From the NCBI GenBank assembly GCA_016860985.1, contig BOKM01000001.1, positions 655,462 through 719,461 on the forward strand: a stretch of DNA of 64,000 bases. Reading direction: 5' to 3'. Of the stretch, positions 35,823 to 45,283 are shown piece by piece; the stretch's first letter is position 1; the number at the start of each line of letters is the position of its first letter. Origin of the DNA: Patescibacteria group bacterium. Lineage in GTDB: Bacteria > Patescibacteriota > Dojkabacteria > GCA-002793355. Made by a program: the position numbers and the translations under genes. Under the pieces are notes generated by a model that worked only from the letters and a program-made list of their open reading frames with translations, ran no database searches and was not told the DNA's origin.

Positions 35823-36650
35823 ATGAATAATAAAACACTCATTGTTCTTATTGTCTTAATTGCCGCAGTTACCATTGGTATTGTGTCGTGGCGTACTCCG
35901 TCAACAGACACACCAACACCAACTCCCACACCTACTGCAACTGCTACACCTTCAGTTACCGATCCTTTTGCTGCAACACCAACGGTTACTACTACAGCAA
36001 CTCCGACCGTTACCACAACTGCAACACCAACGCCCACAGTCACAACAACTACTACACCCACACCAACTCCTACAACAGCTTCAACCTTTAACGACATTCG
36101 CGACGAGGATTGGTTCTACGGTGTAACTGAACAAACAGTCGGTAGTACCGTCTACTTTATTAGCGAAACTGATCCTAAAAAAGTAAAGAAAAACTCCTCA
36201 AACTCTGAAACTGGCGCACAAACGGTTTTCACAAGCGACACAAATGGTGAAGTTAACACTTTCTACGTTAATGGGAGTTATCTATATGTCGCCACCAAAC
36301 GAGATTCTTCGACCGGTACCTCCAAACTTCAACGAATGGTGCTTTCTTCTGGTTCAAAGGCAAAACTTTACGAGTTTTCTTCAAGTAAGTACGAAATTGC
36401 ACAATTTGCCATCATGAAGAATAACGATTCAAAGAGTGGGTATTATATTGGACTCGATGCAATCGCGAATAATGCTTCTCCAATGGGAATGTATGTGAAA
36501 AACTACGCTCAAGAGTGGATGAAAAACTTCGTTGGTATCGATAAAACGGCCGTTATTAAGGGTATCGCTCCAAACGAAGAAGGAACACAGCTAGCAGGCC
36601 TATTTACCGTAGGTAGCGAAGAATCTCAAGCTTATATCGAATTGGAGTAG
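35823..36650 (+). CDS. Membrane-anchored surface protein with a long Thr/Pro-rich low-complexity linker
   Basis: TM LIVLIVLIAAVTIGIVSW, then TPTPTPTPTATATPSVT..TTATPTVTTTATPTPTVTTTTTPTPTPTT, then a globular C-terminal domain. Antisense and alternate-frame ORFs at 35816-36126 are low-complexity artefacts. Confidence 0.55.
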   Translation: MNNKTLIVLIVLIAAVTIGIVSWRTPSTDTPTPTPTPTATATPSVTDPFAATPTVTTTATPTVTTTATPTPTVTTTTTPTPTPTTASTFNDIRDEDWFYGVTEQTVGSTVYFISETDPKKVKKNSSNSETGAQTVFTSDTNGEVNTFYVNGSYLYVATKRDSSTGTSKLQRMVLSSGSKAKLYEFSSSKYEIAQFAIMKNNDSKSGYYIGLDAIANNASPMGMYVKNYAQEWMKNFVGIDKTAVIKGIAPNEEGTQLAGLFTVGSEESQAYIELE

Positions 36651-36653
36651 TTG

Positions 36654-37253
36654 ATGCGTTACGAAATTGACGCTCACTACTTACCGCTGTGGGAAGCAGC
36701 ACAGTCATATCAAGATAAACGGAATGATAAAGGTCATGCGTTTGTAGTGACGGCGTATGCCCGCTTTGTTGCAGCAAGAGAAAATTGTGATGCTGCAGTG
36801 GTAATTCCTGCTGCAATACTTCATGATATTGGGTGGTCCGCTGTTTCGTTAGAAGATAGAATGTCTATATTTCGATTTGATACTCCAAAAGAGCAGAAAA
36901 TGAAGGCAAGAGCGCTACATCAGGAACAAGGTGTATTGTTGGCAAAAGAACTACTTGAAAAAGTGCAATACGATACAGCACTTATTCCAGAAATACTCGA
37001 AATTATCTCGCAACACGACACCAGAAAAGGTTTTATCTCAAACAACGAAGGGGCTATGCGCGATGCTGATAAACTTTGGCGTTACGACGAGTATGGCTTT
37101 ATGTCCGATTATCTCAATGGAACAGGCGCTATCGCTGATCATATCGAAGATCAAGAACGGCATATTGATTCAGAGCATTTCTTTTGTTTTGATTCTTCAC
37201 GGCAGTTAGCTCGAGAGCTTTTGGCAAAACTGAAGGCAAAATACCTGCCGTAA
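36654..37253 (+). CDS. HD-domain phosphohydrolase
   Basis: HD motif VVIPAAILHDIGW; downstream RDADKLW. Confidence 0.65.
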   Translation: MRYEIDAHYLPLWEAAQSYQDKRNDKGHAFVVTAYARFVAARENCDAAVVIPAAILHDIGWSAVSLEDRMSIFRFDTPKEQKMKARALHQEQGVLLAKELLEKVQYDTALIPEILEIISQHDTRKGFISNNEGAMRDADKLWRYDEYGFMSDYLNGTGAIADHIEDQERHIDSEHFFCFDSSRQLARELLAKLKAKYLP

Positions 37254-37289
37254 TCTTCCACTTGTTACATTGAACACGTATAATCGAAT

Positions 37290-38720
37290 ATGGCAACGTT
37301 ACATTTTTACAATACACTGACTCGACAGCGGGAGCAGTTTGTTCCAATTAATCCAGAAAAAGTGACGTTGTATACTTGTGGACCAACCGTTTACGATTAT
37401 GCACATATTGGAAATCTTCGCGCTTATACATTTGCAGACACATTAAAAAGAGCCCTTGCCTTCATGGGTTACAAGGTGTTTCACGTCATGAATACAACTG
37501 ATGTTGGGCAGCTTGATAGCGATGCAGACCTCGGAGAAGACAAGATTATGATTGGCGTACGCCGTGCAGCTGAGCGAGGAGAAAAAGTAACAGTTTGGGA
37601 TATTGCACATTTATACACTGAGAAGTTTATCGAAGATCGCGATAGCATGAATATTCTACCTCCCGATAAGCTTGCGCCTGCAACGGAACATGTCCCTCAG
37701 ATGATCGAGCTTATAAAAAAGCTAGAAGCAAAAGGTTTTGCATACAGAACCTCAAAGGCGGTGTATTTCGATGTAACTAAATTCCCGACTTACACAAAGC
37801 TGTCTGGGCAAAAACTTGAAAACCTCCTTGAGGGTGTTCGTGAAGAGGTGGTTGTCGATTCTGAGAAACGAAACCCGATGGATTTTCGCCTCTGGCAGTT
37901 AGATCAACCGAATCACGCAATGTTGTGGGATTCACCGTGGGGCAAAGGCTTTCCTGGCTGGCATGTCGAGTGTTCTGCGATGGCAATGACGTACCTTGGC
38001 AACCATATTGATATTCACACAGGTGGTGTAGATCACATTCCAGTTCACCATACAAACGAGATTGCGCAATCGGAAGCAGCAACAGGCGAGAAGTTTGTAA
38101 ACTACTGGCTTCACAACGAGTTTATTCGTGTCGATAACGTCAAAATGTCAAAGAGCAAGAATAACTTTTACTCAATGAAAGATATTGTCGAGAAAGGTTT
38201 TAGTCCGCTTGATCTCAGATATTTGTATCTTGAAGCACATTATCGCTTTCCACAGAATTTTACGTGGGAAGCATTGGAAGGAGCGCGCTCTGCAAGAAAA
38301 AATCTTGTGGAACAAATGTCAATGTTTCTCACTTTACATGAGGGCAAAGTGCCCGAAGATGTTTCGAAAAATGAGTATAGAGAAAAGTTTGCTACTTATT
38401 TGGCAGATGACTTAAATATTCCTGGTGCTTTGTCAGTTGTTTGGGAAGTGGTAAAGAGTTCAGAACTCTCGGTTGGAACGAAAGTGGCGTTGCTTGCTGC
38501 GTTCGACACTGTACTGGGGCTAAAACTTTCTGAGGCACCAACATTATACTCAAGTTTTTCTGCCGAAGAGATTGAAGAAATATTAAAAATCGTAAATGAC
38601 CGAGAAAGTGCGAAAAAAGAGAAGGATTGGACTCTGGCTGACGAACTTCGAAATCGCTTGACAGAGAAAAAGGTCCGTGTAATCGATACTAAAGAAGGCA
38701 CTGTTGTTGTACCTGCGTAA
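37290..38720 (+). CDS. cysS: Cysteine--tRNA ligase
   Basis: HIGH motif YTCGPTVYDYAHIGNLR, KMSKS motif KMSKSKNNF, and Zn-binding Cys/His residues. Confidence 0.9.
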   Translation: MATLHFYNTLTRQREQFVPINPEKVTLYTCGPTVYDYAHIGNLRAYTFADTLKRALAFMGYKVFHVMNTTDVGQLDSDADLGEDKIMIGVRRAAERGEKVTVWDIAHLYTEKFIEDRDSMNILPPDKLAPATEHVPQMIELIKKLEAKGFAYRTSKAVYFDVTKFPTYTKLSGQKLENLLEGVREEVVVDSEKRNPMDFRLWQLDQPNHAMLWDSPWGKGFPGWHVECSAMAMTYLGNHIDIHTGGVDHIPVHHTNEIAQSEAATGEKFVNYWLHNEFIRVDNVKMSKSKNNFYSMKDIVEKGFSPLDLRYLYLEAHYRFPQNFTWEALEGARSARKNLVEQMSMFLTLHEGKVPEDVSKNEYREKFATYLADDLNIPGALSVVWEVVKSSELSVGTKVALLAAFDTVLGLKLSEAPTLYSSFSAEEIEEILKIVNDRESAKKEKDWTLADELRNRLTEKKVRVIDTKEGTVVVPA

Positions 38721-38863
38721 AAACTATGGTGCAATCGCGTGTCCTGTAAAGTTCGAAAAATCACTACCTTGTGGTATAATTGCACAAACAAAAAAACATA
38801 GGAGGAGATTTTCTTATTGTGAACATAGCGAGTAATATGAGCAAAGCTCGTATTTACTGAGTT

Positions 38864-40054
38864 ATGAAGCAATACGAAAGAGCAATTATGCCAGGTACAA
38901 AAAAGAGCGCAGCTACTAACGCTGCACAAGTTCCTGCAATCACACAATTCGACGGCCAAATCGCAGATGTTGTTCGTTCTTACAAACAGCTAAAAACGGG
39001 CGATATTGTCGAAGGTGTCGTTATCAACAAAGAGCCAGGTGTTCTTGTTGTTGATGTTGGTGGTCGTAGCGAAGGGCTTATTGCTGGTCGAGAGCTCAAA
39101 AGTAAAGTAATTGACGTTGCCGGTATTAAAGTCGGTGATCCAATTCTCGTTTACGTGGTCTATCCAGAAAGTAAAGACGGAAGCTTGGTTCTTTCATTGA
39201 AGAGAACTGAAGAAGTCAGAATCTGGTTCGATCTAGAAAAAGCAGCACGTAACGGTGATGTCTTAGACGCAACTGTTGTCGAAGTCAACACTGGTGGTGT
39301 TATCTGTGAACTCTACGAAGGTGTTCGCGGCTTTATCCCAACGTCACAGTTGGATCCAGCCAGAATCTTCGAGAGCGGAAAGAAGATGTACGGTAAAGAC
39401 GTTACATCAGTTGTTCAACAACGATTAACTCAACTTCTTAGCGAGCAAATCAAGGTCAAAATTATTGAACTTGATCGTGAAAGAAGCCGAATTATTCTTT
39501 CTGAAAAGCAGGTTACTTTTGGTTCAGATATGGCAGCAAAAGAGAAGTTGCTTAAGAAAATCAAAGAAGGAGATATTCTTGACGGTAAAGTTACCGCCAT
39601 CACTCCTTATGGTATTTTCGTAAACACTTCAGGCCTTGAAGGTTTGGTGCACTTGTCAGAACTCTCATGGGATAAAGTTACCGATGTCGGTCGACTTTAT
39701 AACGTCGGAGATGATGTCAAGGTAATGGTACTCGAGATCAAAGAAGGTGGCCGCAGAATCGCCTACAGCGTCAAGCGCCTCATCGATGACCCTTGGAAGA
39801 ACCGCATCAAGAAGTACAAGATTGGAGAAGTTGTTGACGGTGTTGTTGAAGGTGTTGTTGAATATGGAGCATTCGTTCGTATCGATGACGGTATTAACGG
39901 ATTGATTCACATTTCAGAACTTTCTGACAAATTAGTCAAAAACCCATCTGATATTGTTACTCCAGGGCAAAAAGTTAAAGTATCAATTCTCTCAATTTCT
40001 GAGACGGAACGACACTTAAGCTTAAGCCTCAAGCGAGTCAAAGCAGGAAAGTAA
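38864..40054 (+). CDS. rpsA: Short ribosomal protein S1-like protein with four S1 domains
   Basis: Four repeats of the S1 fold (GDIVEGVVIN.., GDVLDATVVEVN.., GDILDGKVTAITPYGIFV.., GEVVDGVVEGVVEYGAFV..). Start uncertain between 38864 and 38888. Confidence 0.75.
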   Translation: MKQYERAIMPGTKKSAATNAAQVPAITQFDGQIADVVRSYKQLKTGDIVEGVVINKEPGVLVVDVGGRSEGLIAGRELKSKVIDVAGIKVGDPILVYVVYPESKDGSLVLSLKRTEEVRIWFDLEKAARNGDVLDATVVEVNTGGVICELYEGVRGFIPTSQLDPARIFESGKKMYGKDVTSVVQQRLTQLLSEQIKVKIIELDRERSRIILSEKQVTFGSDMAAKEKLLKKIKEGDILDGKVTAITPYGIFVNTSGLEGLVHLSELSWDKVTDVGRLYNVGDDVKVMVLEIKEGGRRIAYSVKRLIDDPWKNRIKKYKIGEVVDGVVEGVVEYGAFVRIDDGINGLIHISELSDKLVKNPSDIVTPGQKVKVSILSISETERHLSLSLKRVKAGK

Positions 40055-40069
40055 TCAAAACTTTTCAAA

Positions 40070-40114
40070 AATAAAAAGGCGAAGAACGGGAGGAAACTCC
40101 CGTTCTTTCGTTTT
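40070..40114. terminator. Bidirectional rho-independent terminator between convergent rpsA and the 40126 gene
   Basis: Stem GAACGGGAG/CTCCCGTTC with loop GAAA. T-run TTTCGTTTT downstream and A-run AAAAATAAAAAGG upstream. Confidence 0.75.
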
Positions 40115-40125
40115 ATACAGATAAA

Positions 40126-40680
40126 TTACTGCCGCTCGTTGTCTATGAGTGTGCGAAGATATTCTGCAACACTCATTCCCTTTTGTTTGGCAGTTGTTTC
40201 AAGGAAGCGGATTTGTGAGTGTGAAAGAAAGAAATTAAACCGGTTTGGCAAACTTTCTTTTTGGCAACGCGCAATGAACTTGTCAATAATAGGTACGAGG
40301 GTTTCTTTTGTATAACGTGCACCGTGAAAATATTTAGAAAAAATTTTTCTTTCGAAATTTTCAAATAGTGAAAGGCACAACACGTGCTTCTTGCTTTGGA
40401 TTGCCAGCGTCATTTCGTGTCCAAGTTGAAAACACTCTTCGCTCACTTCAAATATAACTGCATCTGCCCATTCAATACCTTTTCTAATCGCTTCATAGTG
40501 AACTCGACGGTTCGTGTCTGTATGGATAGGGTCTGAGGGGGCAAGAATTTGTAGGTAATTGCCCTTTTCTGGTGATATAAGTTTTACGTTGGGGTGGGTA
40601 TCAAGTGTTTGTCGAATCAAATCGAATTCTGATTGAAATTTTTTCTTTCCTGAGTAGGGTGCAGTAAAAAATATATTCAT
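40126..40680 (-). CDS. Nucleoside 2-deoxyribosyltransferase-like (NDT/LOG-fold) domain fused to a C-terminal ribbon-helix-helix DNA-binding domain
   Basis: N-terminal IFFTAPYSGKK and ADAVIFEVSEECFQLGHEMTLAIQSKKHVLCL fit the NDT-family catalytic-Glu region. The C-terminal FFLSHSQIRFLETTAKQKGMSVAEYLRTLI is a CopG/Arc-type RHH (beta-strand then helix). Confidence 0.5.
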   Translation of the reverse strand: MNIFFTAPYSGKKKFQSEFDLIRQTLDTHPNVKLISPEKGNYLQILAPSDPIHTDTNRRVHYEAIRKGIEWADAVIFEVSEECFQLGHEMTLAIQSKKHVLCLSLFENFERKIFSKYFHGARYTKETLVPIIDKFIARCQKESLPNRFNFFLSHSQIRFLETTAKQKGMSVAEYLRTLIDNERQ

Positions 40681-40763
40681 AGGTGAGTATATATGTATAT
40701 AAAAAGTTTCGCAAAAGGGGACTGCTATTAGATAATATCGTTATTGTATGTAAATTAATTTGT

Positions 40764-41201
40764 ATGTTTACTATGGTTACTCCTACATGTATGGGAATTC
40801 ACGTGAAATGCCAGTCAATAGAGAAATCGCTGGCTTTTTACCGAGTGCTGGGCTTTACACCTGTTTTTGCCTATGGTTCAGCCGAATTTACCCAACAGTT
40901 CACATGCCCTACGGCACCAGAAAGTTATTCAGGTGTAACGTTTGAAATAGGTGGTGGACTATTTGAGATCGCAGATGGACATATTGCTGTTAAGCCAGAG
41001 GTATTCAAAGTACACATTGATTCGTCAAAAATCTCGGCCATGTTCGATGTAGCATCTGTCGATGACTTAGTTGAGGTATGTCGAAGAAATGATATCCAAA
41101 TCGCAGTAGAACCACGCGTTTTTCCTTGGGGAACAAAAGAAGTGGTAATTAAAGACCCAGATGGCTTTGTGTTGGTGTTTAGAGAGTTTGTGAATAAATA
41201 G
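40764..41201 (+). CDS. VOC-family (glyoxalase/bleomycin-resistance fold) protein
   Basis: MGIHVKCQSIEKSLAFYRVLGF and C-terminal VIKDPDGFVLVF are typical VOC beta-alpha-beta-beta-beta modules. Start uncertain (40683 TTG, 40764 or 40791). Confidence 0.55.
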   Translation: MFTMVTPTCMGIHVKCQSIEKSLAFYRVLGFTPVFAYGSAEFTQQFTCPTAPESYSGVTFEIGGGLFEIADGHIAVKPEVFKVHIDSSKISAMFDVASVDDLVEVCRRNDIQIAVEPRVFPWGTKEVVIKDPDGFVLVFREFVNK

Positions 41202-41257
41202 TTCGCTTCTCTAAGAAAACATACTATAATCCCGCATAATAAATTTGAACGTAGATT

Positions 41258-42148
41258 ATGCAGGTACTCGCTAATTTGGCTCCTTTGTATCTAATAGCGC
41301 TTGTTTCGTATATCTTGAAGCAACGAAAGGTGTTTTCGGAAGATACCGCAAAGGTACTGGTTCCTGTTATGTTCAAATTGTCTGGTCCGGCACTCGTATA
41401 CGTCGCCATCTCGAGTCAACGCTTGGATGCAGGTTCTTTGTTGTTAATTGGTATCGGTACAGTCGCGTTTCTTGCTTTTTGGGGCGTTTTTGGTCTACTA
41501 AATAAGAAACTAGTTGCAGGAGAAGAGACTCAAAAAGCACTTCTGTTAGGAGGTTTATCCTTTGCTGTCGGCACAATCGCATATCCATTGATACAACTTT
41601 CTTTTCCACAGAGTGTGTTTGCCAAAGTGGTTATTATTGATTTAACACTGCTAATTCTGTTTATGGCAATTGCGCCACTACTGGTCAGTAAAGAGAGTGG
41701 TGCAGCAAAACTTACCGCTACCTTAACAAGAGATCCAATTTTGTGGGCGGTATATCTTGGTGTGGCAGCGAGTTTGCTGAAGGTTCAATTACCACAAGAG
41801 CTTTTTCAGGTATTTCAATTTGCTGGAAATAGTTTTTCCTTCTTGTCTGCAGTGCTTCTTGGTGTCACCGTTACCGTGCCATCTTCAGAGCAATTCAAGA
41901 AGGTGTTTTCTGCTGTGGCGATAAAAATTATGCTTTGAGTTTTGCTTTCTGCATTGATTTGGGTTTTACCATTGTCATTGGAGATTAAACAAGCAACGAT
42001 TATGACCATAAGCGCTCCAGTAGGTTTGTTCCCTGTTATCTACGCAAAGCTGTACGGGCTTAACGAGGAATTTGTCGCTCAGATGTCGGTAGTAGGGGTA
42101 TTTGTAACGTTGTTCTTGTATCCGCTTGTAATTGCTTTAATAGTGTAA
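41258..42148 (+). pseudogene. Auxin-efflux-carrier (AEC) family permease interrupted by a single in-frame TGA at 41936-41938
   Basis: ORFs 41258-41938 and 41942-42148 are in the same frame, separated only by TGA. The second lacks an ATG and begins at TTG. Together they make ~296 aa with an AEC-like N-terminus (LAPLYLIALVSYILKQRKVF..VLVPVMFKLSGPAL) and C-terminal helices. Confidence 0.55.
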
Positions 42149-42186
42149 TACTTGCGTATTAGCAGTCAACTGTTATAATTGCTAGT

Positions 42187-44736
42187 ATGAGAAGTAAGCA
42201 ACAAAAAAGAACCACCCCTGTGCAACTTTCTAGATTTTCGAAACCCTTTACTCGTATGATGGAAAACGCGTTTCGAATTGCGCAAAAAACAAAGGCCGAA
42301 ACAGTAGAACCTAAACACCTTTTTGCCGCAATACTTCTAGATAAGGAATCGCTAGCTTTTTTCTTGCTTGAAAAGTTCGGGATAGATGCAGCAGAAACAA
42401 TTAGACGACTTACTTCGAAAAGTGCTTCAGACTTTAAGTCAAAAACATGGAGAAAGAACCCACTTTTAGAGATGCATCCCTCTACAAATTTGCTAATCTT
42501 CGAAGCAGCACGCATTGCTCGCGAGGGTAGTGGCTATTACGTTGGCACAGAACATGTGTTACTTGCGCTTTTTAGTGGTGAAACTAAAGACTTATCATTC
42601 GTGAAAGAACTCTTGTCGCATATCACGTCATTGCCAAATTTTGTAAACGACGTTTTGAGGGCGGTTTCGCTTCCATTTGAAATTCTTCGCCAGGCAGAAG
42701 ATGTTTCGCTTCCGTTATCTAAGCCTTTACCGCAGTTACAACAAGAGAATGGTGAATCAGCTATTTCGCTTTTTACCGAACATCTTACCAATAGATACCG
42801 TCAGTTTGATGCGGTTGTCACAAAAGAGCAGCGCAAAGAATTTACAGATCAAATTCTCACCATTTTGCTTCGAGCAAAGAATCGCAATGTATTACTCGTA
42901 GGTCCGAGTGGGGTAGGAAAGTCGCACATTATCGATGAGTTATCCTACCGTTTAGTAGAAGGTGATGTTCCAATTTCAACAACGCATAAAAAACTGCTTC
43001 GGTTAAACCTACCTGCAATCATTGCGACGGCAAAATTTCCAACAGAAATTGAAAAACAGGTAATGGCAGTCTTAAACGATGCCTATGGTTCCGACGAAAT
43101 CGTGTTGTATTTTGACGATTTTGCTACCTTACTTGGTACTCCAATTCGTGGCGGTTTAAACATGGGAGCGACCTTTAAAGCGTTTTTAGAGCGAAACGAG
43201 ATAAGCATCATTGCTTCAATCTCTCCGGAAGAGCTTCACCAAATGTATGAAAATAACCGAGCGTTACTGCGCTTCTTTTCCGTTATTGAAGTCGAAGAAC
43301 CTGCACAAGATCAAACATCGACCCTTCTAAAAGACGCTGTTAAGCAACTTGAGCTTGATCATGGGATTGTTTATGAAACTGCAGCAATAGATGCCGCAGT
43401 TCGGCTCACCACGCAGTACATTCCTGATAGAGTCCTTCCTGAAAAAGCGATTGAAATACTCGATTTGGCTGCCAGCAAAAAGAAATTTTCTCGGGAATAT
43501 AAGTATCGTGGTTTAGGTGAATTACTCAAGCAGCGAAAAGAACTTCAAGATAAAAAAGATCGTTTGGTAAGCCTTGGAGAATATAAAGCAGCAGAAGAAA
43601 TGCAGCGTGAGGTATTGGCATCTTCGCGAAAAATTAAGGAATTGCAAGACAAGCATAAAAGAGATGTACAGCAGTCCAAGATTGTAATTACCGATGCCGA
43701 TGTAAGGGATATCGTATCACTTTGGACAAAACTACCTATTACGACCGTTAGTGCAGATGAAACTTCTATGCTTTTGCAACTTGAAGGAAAGATTAAAGAG
43801 TCAATTATTAGTCAAGAAGATGCAATAAAGCAGGTTTCGAACGCCGTAAAACGCGGGAGAGTAGGCATTACAAGTAAAAAACGACCATGGGTTAGCTTAC
43901 TGTTTCTTGGCCCAACCGGAGTTGGAAAGACCGAGTTAGCGAAAGTTCTTGCAAAAAACTTATTCGGTGAAAACGAAGATAGGCTTATCCAAATCGATAT
44001 GTCTGAATACATGGAGCAGCACAGTGTCTCGAAGCTTATTGGATCGCCACCAGGATATGTTGGATTTGAGCAGGGTGGGTGGTTAACCGAAAAAATTACA
44101 GAAAATCCGTACAGTGTTGTGCTTTTCGACGAAATTGAAAAGGCCCATCCAGACGTCCTGAACCTTTTGTTACAAGTGTTAGAAGATGGCCACTTGATGG
44201 ATGCAAAAGGAAATAGAGTGAGCTTTCAAAATACGATTATTATCTTGACCTCAAATATCGGAGCAGAGCAGATTGCCGAAGATAAGGTACTTGGCTTTTA
44301 CCGAGAGCAAAAGCAACGAAACTTGGTCGAATTAAGCACCGAAGCTTACGACGAAATGAAGGAAAAATTAATGAAAGAGTTACGAAAGAAACTACGACCA
44401 GAGCTTCTCAACCGCCTTGATGATGTAATCATCTTTAAGGGACTTAGCAAGCAAGACGCTGCAAAAGTACTAGAAATTCTTATCAAAGAATTGAATGCAC
44501 GACTCCAAGAGATGAATATTTCAGTTGATATCAACGATAAAAGTAAAAAGTATATCATCGACAAAGGCTTTAGCGCCGAATATGGGGCACGTCCATTACG
44601 TCGTGTGTTGCAGCATGAAGTAGAGAACCTAGTTGCCGACTATGTACTTGAGCATAATCTTCTCGATACAAGAGGAAAAGAGTTGCTCGCGCTTGCGGTC
44701 GATATTAAAGGTAAAAAATTGGTTATTCGTGCGTAA
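42187..44736 (+). CDS. clpC: ATP-dependent Clp protease ATP-binding subunit ClpC/ClpB-like (two AAA+ modules)
   Basis: Clp-N repeats; Walker A LLVGPSGVGKSHII and LFLGPTGVGKTELAK; short coiled-coil middle domain; sensor-2 GARPLRRVL. Confidence 0.85.
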   Translation: MRSKQQKRTTPVQLSRFSKPFTRMMENAFRIAQKTKAETVEPKHLFAAILLDKESLAFFLLEKFGIDAAETIRRLTSKSASDFKSKTWRKNPLLEMHPSTNLLIFEAARIAREGSGYYVGTEHVLLALFSGETKDLSFVKELLSHITSLPNFVNDVLRAVSLPFEILRQAEDVSLPLSKPLPQLQQENGESAISLFTEHLTNRYRQFDAVVTKEQRKEFTDQILTILLRAKNRNVLLVGPSGVGKSHIIDELSYRLVEGDVPISTTHKKLLRLNLPAIIATAKFPTEIEKQVMAVLNDAYGSDEIVLYFDDFATLLGTPIRGGLNMGATFKAFLERNEISIIASISPEELHQMYENNRALLRFFSVIEVEEPAQDQTSTLLKDAVKQLELDHGIVYETAAIDAAVRLTTQYIPDRVLPEKAIEILDLAASKKKFSREYKYRGLGELLKQRKELQDKKDRLVSLGEYKAAEEMQREVLASSRKIKELQDKHKRDVQQSKIVITDADVRDIVSLWTKLPITTVSADETSMLLQLEGKIKESIISQEDAIKQVSNAVKRGRVGITSKKRPWVSLLFLGPTGVGKTELAKVLAKNLFGENEDRLIQIDMSEYMEQHSVSKLIGSPPGYVGFEQGGWLTEKITENPYSVVLFDEIEKAHPDVLNLLLQVLEDGHLMDAKGNRVSFQNTIIILTSNIGAEQIAEDKVLGFYREQKQRNLVELSTEAYDEMKEKLMKELRKKLRPELLNRLDDVIIFKGLSKQDAAKVLEILIKELNARLQEMNISVDINDKSKKYIIDKGFSAEYGARPLRRVLQHEVENLVADYVLEHNLLDTRGKELLALAVDIKGKKLVIRA

Positions 44737-44863
44737 GAATCGTGTGGTTTGGAATTGCCGCTAACGTTGCAATAACCTAGTATTCATCATAGACGAAATA
44801 TGAACGACATATGGTTCTTATTCACTCTTTTGTCAGTTCATTTTCCCCGCGGCATACTCTTTT

Positions 44864-45265
44864 ATGGAAAAATCAATTTTGCAATCCAAGTCGTTTGACT
44901 TGGCAGTAGCGGTATACCGAAAGGTCGCCGACCTGCAAAAAAAGCAGAAGGAGTTTTTGTTAAGTCAGCAGTGGGCAGATTCGGTTGCTACTGTTGCGTT
45001 ACATATGTATCTTGCACAAGAACTTCACTCAAAGAATTCCTTGTCGATTAATCTTTACACCGCACGAAAATCGACGTTGAAAGGGTTGTTTTGGACGAAC
45101 TTGCTGGTTGGTATGGAGTACCTTTCGAGTGATACCGCTAAAGATGTTACTCAAGGGCTTACAGAACTCCTGAAGATGCTTCAGGCATCGATTAACACAC
45201 TTTCTCGTAAACGACAGGGTAGTGACGAAGGCCACACCTTGGAAGAAGTTTCAGAAAGTGAATGA
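44864..45265 (+). CDS. Small four-helix-bundle protein (23S rRNA intervening-sequence-type family), hypothetical
   Basis: N-terminal FDLAVAVYRKVADL pattern and predicted all-helical 133 aa. Weak assignment. Confidence 0.4.
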   Translation: MEKSILQSKSFDLAVAVYRKVADLQKKQKEFLLSQQWADSVATVALHMYLAQELHSKNSLSINLYTARKSTLKGLFWTNLLVGMEYLSSDTAKDVTQGLTELLKMLQASINTLSRKRQGSDEGHTLEEVSESE

Positions 45266-45283
45266 GTAGCATATAATCAACAT

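Noticed and set aside
35816-36126. Overlapping ORFs on both strands (35816-36097 minus; 35860-36126 and 35888-36091 plus) across the Thr/Pro-rich segment
   Set aside because: They are low-complexity (ACN)n-type DNA read in other frames (poly-V/G or poly-Q/L/H artefacts). The Thr/Pro reading with TM anchor and globular tail is the coherent one.
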